Origin: Candidatus Woesearchaeota archaeon
GTDB taxonomy: Archaea > Nanobdellota > Nanobdellia > SCGC-AAA011-G17 > UBA489
Length of the DNA: 64,000 nucleotides
Assembly (NCBI GenBank): GCA_018655015.1
Contig: JABIKK010000008.1
Coordinates: forward strand, 8,791-72,790
Reading direction: 5' to 3'
Within the stretch, counting starts at the first letter, position 1. The number at the start of each line of letters is the position of its first letter. This document shows, in pieces, positions 58,046 to 64,000 of the stretch. Both the position numbers and the translations under genes were made by a program. The notes beneath the pieces are model-generated. The model was not told the DNA's origin and did not search any database. It saw only the letters and a list, made by a program, of their open reading frames with translations.

Positions 58046-58651
58046 ATGGTGTTTAGAAAGAAAGAGGAGTGGCAACCGCACCACCATCACATAAATAAAT
58101 TATTGTGGGTGGTTATGGGGTTAGTTATAATCTTAATTATTTTATCTAAGCCTGCTTTTATTGGTTATAGGATGAGCCAGGAGTTTAAGGATATAGAAAT
58201 GACTCCCAGTGAAGTTTTGGCTAGAATAACAGGCTATAAGTCTGATCTTAAGGTAACTGAAACTAAATTAGATGCTTGCACAACAGCAAGTGATAAACTG
58301 ATTGATGATTTAGCTTTGGAAAAAGATGAAAGCTTTACTTGTAATCAAGTTAAGGATGAATTAGAAAGTGATTATGGTCAACAGATTAAACAATTGAATT
58401 TAGAGTTGAAATCGGTTGATGAATCTGCAGATCAAAGGATTATTGATGAAGTTAGTTTGATTGAAGTTCAATTAAGTAATGCAAATTTAGCAACAGAAGC
58501 ACTAGAGAGAAACTATGAAGATGTAGTTAGAAATTCTGCAAATAATATTTGTTGTAAGGCAAAAGTAGATAATCAAGATATTGATTCTTACATTGTTTCC
58601 TCAAATAAGGTTGTATGTACGACTGGTGAAGATAAGAGGATTTCTTGTTAG
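58046..58651 (+). CDS. membrane-anchored coiled-coil protein with a Cys-containing C-terminus
   Basis: TM LLWVVMGLVIILIILS, then E/D/K-rich helical region. Confidence 0.4.
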   Translation: MVFRKKEEWQPHHHHINKLLWVVMGLVIILIILSKPAFIGYRMSQEFKDIEMTPSEVLARITGYKSDLKVTETKLDACTTASDKLIDDLALEKDESFTCNQVKDELESDYGQQIKQLNLELKSVDESADQRIIDEVSLIEVQLSNANLATEALERNYEDVVRNSANNICCKAKVDNQDIDSYIVSSNKVVCTTGEDKRISC

Positions 58652-58697
58652 TATATAAAGCGGAAAAGCTTAAATTAGGATATATTTTTTTCTTTGG

Positions 58698-59426
58698 ATG
58701 GTTGAAGACTGTGTAATGGTGACTGATAGTGGAATTGAGTACGGCGGCGTGCATTTAGATACTGCGAGACTGGCCAATTTCTTTGCTCATGAAGCAGAGG
58801 ATTTTTATGTGTTTGCTAGTGCGGATTTAGGAGTTTCCTACCTTAGCCCACTTGATCCAATGCATACTAAATTGTTGGGAACAGTTAATAGGTATGGTGA
58901 TCCGGTGAATGGTTTTTTAACTCTTATTCAATCAGATTTTGACAATTTACTTAATAATATTAGAAAAACTACTCATGTTCTTAGCTCAGAAGGTTTGCCT
59001 TGGAGTTCAGATGCAGGAACTATGGTTACCGATAGCATGTGTCTTAGACTTAGAAATGAGACTCCAAAATACTTTAATTTTTTGAATGGTGTTGTGAATG
59101 GGTTAGCGGAATATTCTCCTAGTGAAAAAGGTGTATTGGTTCCAAATTCTGCTTTTTTAGGAGATAAAGATGTTAGAGATAGGATATTAAAATCTGCTTT
59201 TGATGGAGATTCTTCTAATGAAGGTTTCTTGGGATGGGATATTAAGTTCATTCAGAAATATGTTCGTTACTCTCTTGATATGTTAAATGGTCGAGTGGAA
59301 ACAGCTTGCCCTGTTGATATGGAAGATGGTACTACTGTAAATCTACCTTTTTGTGCAGTTGTTGCTTTGGATCATTTGGTTGATAGTTATTTTGAAAGAA
59401 GAATTGGAGAAGCTCTTGCTTCTTGA
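58698..59426 (+). CDS. hypothetical protein
   Basis: Coding-like ORF. No motif recognised. Confidence 0.4.
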   Translation: MVEDCVMVTDSGIEYGGVHLDTARLANFFAHEAEDFYVFASADLGVSYLSPLDPMHTKLLGTVNRYGDPVNGFLTLIQSDFDNLLNNIRKTTHVLSSEGLPWSSDAGTMVTDSMCLRLRNETPKYFNFLNGVVNGLAEYSPSEKGVLVPNSAFLGDKDVRDRILKSAFDGDSSNEGFLGWDIKFIQKYVRYSLDMLNGRVETACPVDMEDGTTVNLPFCAVVALDHLVDSYFERRIGEALAS

Positions 59427-59432
59427 TAAAAG

Positions 59433-59440
59433 TTTATAAA
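59433..59440 (+). promoter_or_regulatory. putative TATA box (TTTATAAA) 25-32 nt upstream of tRNA-Ser(GCU)
   Basis: Consensus-like archaeal TATA at the expected spacing. Confidence 0.4.
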
Positions 59441-59464
59441 TCATGTAGATAGGTTGATTTTATT

Positions 59465-59547
59465 GCCGTGATCGCGTAATCTGGTATCGCACTGGATTGC
59501 TAATCCAGGCCTTTCGGGGCATCCCGGTTCAAATCCGGGTCGCGGCG
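59465..59547 (+). tRNA. tRNA-Ser (anticodon GCU), class II
   Basis: GCCGTGATCGCGTAATCTGGTATCGCA-CTGGA-TTGCTAA-TCCAG-long variable arm-CCCGGTTCAAATCCGGGTCGCGGCG. Confidence 0.8.
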
Positions 59548-59550
59548 CTT

Positions 59551-60294
59551 TTATTTACTTATCTTTAATTTGAAAAAGCAAAAGAAAGGGATTTTCATTA
59601 TCCACTCTTCTAATTCAGGATATTTTTCTTTCCACTCTTGCAGGGGTTCACTTTCAACAAATTTTTCTAAAATAAAGTTATTCTTTAGGAGAACCTCCAA
59701 ATAATCTTGTATTGTTCTAGGAAAATCAATAAATTCTTTTCCTCCACCAGCGATATTACAATAAAGGACATTTCTATCAAAATAATTATGTGTAGGTACA
59801 AACTTACCGTCCTCATTATCACGGAACATATTACTTACTGGATGAGGTGCTGAAAAAATTAGTAAACCTCCATCCTTGAGAACCCTTTTTAATTCCTTAA
59901 ATACTCCATCTAAATTCTCAACATGATCCAACATTAGAGAGGAAGTTATAATATCAAAACTATCATCTACATAATCCAATTCTGAAACGCTTCCGACTTT
60001 AAAGTTCCCTTCCGAGCAATGTTTTTGTGCCAAATCAATCATTTTTGGGCTTAAGTCAACTCCAAAACCTTCAGCACCACGTCCAATATATTGTTTTAGA
60101 TGTATACCTGGACCACAGCCAACATCTAGAAGTTTTTTTCCGGTAAGGTTTTGCGGTACTAAATCAAAAATGATAGGTTGTTCTATTTCTCTATTAAAGA
60201 ATCCAGTTATACCTTTTTCTTCCGTTCTAGTAAAAAGAAAATTGTCTGCATTTCCATCATAAAGTCTTTGTAATGTCTTCTCATCCGAATTCAT
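59551..60294 (-). CDS. class I SAM-dependent methyltransferase
   Basis: Motif I LLDVGCGPGIH, motif post-I GVDLS, Rossmann-fold MTase layout. Confidence 0.75.
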   Translation of the reverse strand: MNSDEKTLQRLYDGNADNFLFTRTEEKGITGFFNREIEQPIIFDLVPQNLTGKKLLDVGCGPGIHLKQYIGRGAEGFGVDLSPKMIDLAQKHCSEGNFKVGSVSELDYVDDSFDIITSSLMLDHVENLDGVFKELKRVLKDGGLLIFSAPHPVSNMFRDNEDGKFVPTHNYFDRNVLYCNIAGGGKEFIDFPRTIQDYLEVLLKNNFILEKFVESEPLQEWKEKYPELEEWIMKIPFFCFFKLKISK

Positions 60295-60444
60295 ATTAGC
60301 TTGTAAAATTATTGACTATTTAATTATTTCCTTCCTTACAGATTAATCTTCTACAGATCACAAGTTAGTATTTATGATCTTATTCCTAGGTAAATGGGAA
60401 AAACTTTAAAAGTAACTTTAGTTTTATATCTTTGAGGTGTTTTA

Positions 60445-60795
60445 GTGAAGACAACAAAGCATAGAAAAAAGAAACAGAAATTTAGCCTTCTTGATCAATT
60501 TCCTTGTGAGGATGCTTGGCTTGAGAAAGGACAACCTTTTTTGACTATTGTTTTAGTTCTAGCCTCAGTTTTCGTTGTAGATTCGTTGAATACTGATAAT
60601 TCTGTTGGATTTTCTTTAATTGATGAAGATTTTTGCGGGAATAATATTTGCGATAAGTATGAAGATGCATACTCTTGTTCAGAGGATTGTGAACCTAGTT
60701 GTGGTGATGACTTAATTACTCATGATGAAGAATGTGAAGTAAATTTCCATTGTGATGTAGGTTATAATTGTAATGGATGTAGTTGTGTTAGATAA
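60445..60795 (+). CDS. small membrane-anchored Cys-rich protein
   Basis: Basic N-terminus, TM, then FCGNNICDKYEDAYSCSEDCEPSCGDD, a Cys-rich repeat similar to the one in the 21476 protein. Confidence 0.45.
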   Translation: MKTTKHRKKKQKFSLLDQFPCEDAWLEKGQPFLTIVLVLASVFVVDSLNTDNSVGFSLIDEDFCGNNICDKYEDAYSCSEDCEPSCGDDLITHDEECEVNFHCDVGYNCNGCSCVR

Positions 60796-60945
60796 TATTA
60801 TCTTTAGTTATTTTGAATGATTTTTCACACCAAACACATTTCTTTCTTTTATTTGTTAAATCTAGATGATTAAAGACTGTTAGTTTAGGTTGTCTAACTT
60901 CCATCTTTTGCTTTTTATTGCATTTAGTGCATCTTACTTCGATTA

Positions 60946-62958
60946 TCATTTTTTCTTAAGAGATACTTTGTTTATTACTAATGTTGCTGAATGTTTGGAA
61001 TCTTTTTGGATTGTTTGTTTTTCTATATTTAGTTGTTTTTTGAATAATGGGGCATCTAGGACTAATGTTTCGAATTCTCCGCCTTCCCCTGCTATGTTTA
61101 TTTGAAGCTTTCTATTTAGATTGATTAGTTTGTTAATATGTTCTTTTGTGATTGTTTTGCCTAGCCATGTAGCGTCAAATCCTTCTGCTGCGATTTTAGT
61201 CATTATGAATTTGAAATTGTTTTTTAGTAAATTGTTCATTTCTGTTTCTTGATCCATATGCCATAATGGAGAGAAACATTTTAAGTTTAGTTTATCACAG
61301 ATTTCTTCAATTCTTGTTCTTTGATAGTTTGAGAATAGTGCTCCAGTTATGATCCCTTGAATTTTGTATTTTTCTTTGGCTTTTTTTATTGCTGTTTCTA
61401 ATTCTTTTAATTCTACTTCTTTTTTACCTTCTGTTTTTTGTATTATTATTGGTAGATTGAGTGCTTCTGCTTGTTTTTTGGCTAGGTTAATTGTAGGGGT
61501 ATGATACATGTATGAGTCTTTGTTTTTTGAATCGATTGTGATTAAACAAGAAATATCATAGTTTAGTCTATCTTGTATGTGTAATGCGTAGACGCTGTCC
61601 TTTCCTGTTGATAGTAGGGAACCTAATTTTAGATTCTTTCTTTTTAGTATTTTTGAGAAGTATTTTGCTTTGTAGGTGTCTTTTGTTAATTTGGATGTTA
61701 GTTTACTTATACCGCTACTGTACTGTGCTGCGTTTCTTTTTAGTTTAGTTAGTTCATCTGGGAGTTTGAGTTCTCTTGCAACTTTTCTCAAAAGTGTTTT
61801 TGTTTCTCCTGTTTTATTTTCATTTGGGATGTTTAAGCATGCTTGGACTAGTTTCTTGTCTAGGTATGGGAGTCTTAGTTCAATATTATGTGCCATTGAG
61901 AGAACGTCATCTCTGTAGGTATCCCTTTCATAGATTCTTCTTAGGTTGGATAATGAGTCTAGTGAAATGTCTTGGGCCAAGGACATTCTTTTGTAGCCTC
62001 CGAAGATATCGTCTGCTCCTATTCCTGAAAAGATTACTTTGATATTATCTTTTTGTGCTTCTTTTAAGGCGAAGTACATTGTTGCTCCGACTTCAACTTT
62101 TACAGGGTCTGCTGTTTCAATTAAGTTGATTATTTTAGGTAGGTGTTCTTTTAGTATTTCTTTGTTTATTTTTACTAGTTTTAGTTTGAAGTTTAGTTTT
62201 TTAGCTATTTTTTTTGCGTTGTCTATTTCTTTTGATTTTGTTTCTGCAACTGTCATGTATGCTATGAAGTTAGTTTTGTTTTGTTTTAGAATATGTGCTA
62301 GTAGCGTGGAGTCTATTCCTCCAGAGAATAGGAGTCCTAGGTCTTTTGAAGGAATTCTTTTCTTAATTGCCTTAGTTAGTAATGGTTTTATTTTGGTTAC
62401 TTTATGATTTATTTTAAAGAAATCTTGGTTGAGGAATGTTAGTTTTTTATTTTTGTAAATAATTATCTTTCTTGGGTTTAGTTCTTCTGGTTCGAATTCT
62501 TTGATTGCTTTTCTTTCTGAAGCGAAGATTAGATGTTTATTGTAGTGGAACCATAGTGGTTTGATTCCTAAGGGGTCTCTTGCTAGGAATGTGGCGTTGG
62601 TTTTTTTATTATGTAATACGAATGAGAATACTCCATCTAATTGAGGAAGTACTTTTTCTATTGTTTGTTTGTTTAGTAGGTCAAATAGTAATTCTGCGTC
62701 GTTTTGTGATTCTAGTTTGTGTTTGGTTTTTAGTTCTTTCCAGTTGTAGATTTCACAGTTTGTTGCGAAGATGAAATTTTTGTTTTCAAGAGGTTGTTTT
62801 TTGTTTCCAACTACTGAATGTAGGCAATGTGAGAATGTGAAGTTTTTATTAGAAATGGAATCTTTGTTATCTATGCCTCTGTAAGATATTCTTTTGAGGG
62901 CCTTGCTAGATATTTCTTTGTGATTCTTAATGTTAATAGCACCAGTTATCCCGCACAT
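60946..62958 (-). CDS. fusion protein: glutamine-hydrolysing asparagine synthetase (AsnB-like) plus C-terminal MJ0570/Dph6-type PP-loop ATP pyrophosphatase domain
   Basis: N-terminal MCGITGA (Ntn Cys2), first PP-loop LLFSGGIDSTLLAHI. A second module starts around residue 437: SLLSTGKDSVYALHI...DSYMYHTPTINLAKKQAEALNLPI, diagnostic of the diphthine-ammonia ligase/MJ0570 family. Confidence 0.8.
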   Translation of the reverse strand: MCGITGAINIKNHKEISSKALKRISYRGIDNKDSISNKNFTFSHCLHSVVGNKKQPLENKNFIFATNCEIYNWKELKTKHKLESQNDAELLFDLLNKQTIEKVLPQLDGVFSFVLHNKKTNATFLARDPLGIKPLWFHYNKHLIFASERKAIKEFEPEELNPRKIIIYKNKKLTFLNQDFFKINHKVTKIKPLLTKAIKKRIPSKDLGLLFSGGIDSTLLAHILKQNKTNFIAYMTVAETKSKEIDNAKKIAKKLNFKLKLVKINKEILKEHLPKIINLIETADPVKVEVGATMYFALKEAQKDNIKVIFSGIGADDIFGGYKRMSLAQDISLDSLSNLRRIYERDTYRDDVLSMAHNIELRLPYLDKKLVQACLNIPNENKTGETKTLLRKVARELKLPDELTKLKRNAAQYSSGISKLTSKLTKDTYKAKYFSKILKRKNLKLGSLLSTGKDSVYALHIQDRLNYDISCLITIDSKNKDSYMYHTPTINLAKKQAEALNLPIIIQKTEGKKEVELKELETAIKKAKEKYKIQGIITGALFSNYQRTRIEEICDKLNLKCFSPLWHMDQETEMNNLLKNNFKFIMTKIAAEGFDATWLGKTITKEHINKLINLNRKLQINIAGEGGEFETLVLDAPLFKKQLNIEKQTIQKDSKHSATLVINKVSLKKK

Positions 62959-62999
62959 AATTTTTGTGTGGGCCTGGACTATTTAAGGCTGTTTTACAG

Positions 63000-63749
63000 C
63001 TAAAACGTGGTAGATATACCAATTAGGTATCTTGCATCATTTCCAAAATTTAAATCAAAACCTTCAATTCTGAAAAAGAGATCGGTATTATCCCCAATTT
63101 TTAACTTCAATGGTGTGAGCTCCGTATAATGGCCTATATTTCCTGTTGAAAAGTTCAAGCTTGGTGAGTGGTAAAGTTCCATTCCAAGTTTATCACTCAG
63201 TTTCCATCCGAGGAGTGTGGATAACTCTAAATCTTTTCCATCCGTAATTGCTCTAGCCCATCCATAGTCTGCAATTTGTTTTACCAGACCGTAATCCCTT
63301 AAACCAATTCCTTCAGTACCTTCGATTATTCCTTCACTATCTGTTTTAAAATTAAGAACTAATTCTGTAAGCCCTCCTGCGGGCGCGATTCCAAAATTGT
63401 GTGTTCCAAAATAAGAATCGAAACTTCTTGTTCCTGTTTCATCTTTTCCTAGATTATCTGCTTGATTTAAGCCATGATATGTTAATTTAAAATTATCAAA
63501 GTTAAAATCAATGTTAGTATAAGTTCTATTGAAGAGTTTTCCATCGTCAGTCATTGCAGCTTCTAAGGCGTTAAAGCCGAAGGTTACTGTTGGAGTTTCT
63601 TCTATAACGGGGGCCTCTACTTTTTCAACTGCTATAGGTTCAGGAAGTTTAGTTGGTATTGGTTCCTGTGCTATTGCTCCTCCTGCGAGTATAGCTGTAC
63701 CTACTGTGCCTAGAATGGCATTTTTTAGTTTTTTACCGATTGTTTTCAT
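63000..63749 (-). CDS. secreted beta-strand-rich protein with a C-terminal aromatic residue (beta-barrel-like)
   Basis: Signal peptide, alternating hydrophobic patterns (YTNIDFNFDNFKLTYHG, DLFFRIEGFDLNF), C-terminus ...YLIGISTTF. Confidence 0.45.
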   Translation of the reverse strand: MKTIGKKLKNAILGTVGTAILAGGAIAQEPIPTKLPEPIAVEKVEAPVIEETPTVTFGFNALEAAMTDDGKLFNRTYTNIDFNFDNFKLTYHGLNQADNLGKDETGTRSFDSYFGTHNFGIAPAGGLTELVLNFKTDSEGIIEGTEGIGLRDYGLVKQIADYGWARAITDGKDLELSTLLGWKLSDKLGMELYHSPSLNFSTGNIGHYTELTPLKLKIGDNTDLFFRIEGFDLNFGNDARYLIGISTTF

Positions 63750-63925
63750 TTTAGTTTACCGCCTTTCGTTACTTCCTAGTGGTATTAAATGAAATTGAAA
63801 TATAAACTTATTTATTAAACTATATATACTAGTATAAATGTTTAAATAAAACGAAAAAGCTTAAATAATGTAATTAATTACAGATATGTATGAGAAGGAA
63901 GCTGGTTCAGCAAGGGGCATCTACA

Positions 63926-64000
63926 ATGATGATTAGTTTGCCTGCTAAATGGATACAGGAGCATGGCTTGAAGAAGGGTTTTGAGATAAGTATAGAGCCT
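63926..64000 (+). CDS. partial CDS (N-terminus only), possible AbrB/SpoVT-like swapped-hairpin DNA-binding domain
   Basis: MMISLPAKWIQEHGLKKGFEISIEP resembles the AbrB/MazE N-terminal pattern. It runs off the window end. Confidence 0.3.
   Translation, partial: MMISLPAKWIQEHGLKKGFEISIEP

Noticed and set aside
61676-62774. Plus-strand ORFs of 64-122 aa inside the AsnB-Dph6 gene
   Set aside because: Antisense to a strongly supported CDS. Composition artefacts.
1-64000. CRISPR arrays, cas genes, restriction-modification or toxin-antitoxin systems
   Set aside because: No regularly spaced direct repeats were seen on inspection, and no Cas, REase or DNA-MTase motifs were found. The only MTase (59551-60294) looks like a generic class I small-molecule/RNA MTase.

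Overview
AT-rich, gene-dense archaeal chromosomal segment. Archaeal hallmarks are the L7Ae-S28e-L24e-ndk operon, proteasome beta subunit, aCPSF1/FttA, RtcB with archease, a Sec11-type signal peptidase, and an A1:U72 initiator tRNA. Small proteins and many overlapping genes suggest a DPANN-like lineage. I call about 70 CDS and 4 tRNAs (Trp-CCA, iMet-CAT, Ser-CGA, Ser-GCU). Housekeeping blocks in order: (1) ribosomal operon, GluRS and UppS; (2) proteasome beta, FttA, signal peptidase; (3) a redox/stress neighbourhood with a single-cluster ferredoxin, VIT1, DJ-1, TrxR, GDH, Prx and SOD; (4) a long minus-strand operon running carbamate kinase, a P-loop protein, OTC, a Cys-rich membrane protein, an alpha/beta hydrolase, a metallophosphoesterase and MGMT; (5) SMC, polyprenyl synthase, RNase HII, Dus. 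Accessory or unusual content: a 13-kb surface-protein locus with a 2193-aa LamG-containing giant protein and paralogous TM-anchored beta-sandwich proteins; two free-standing LAGLIDADG homing endonuclease genes, one wedged between rtcB and archease and one running into tRNA-Ser; a tRNA-bracketed island holding a GGDEF (diguanylate-cyclase-like) protein, which is rare in archaea; a lipoprotein with a complete cytochrome-oxidase-subunit-II-type CuA site but no oxidase partner; an asparagine synthetase fused to a Dph6 (MJ0570) PP-loop domain; and a beta-barrel-like secreted protein ending in Phe. No CRISPR, cas, or restriction-modification genes were seen.
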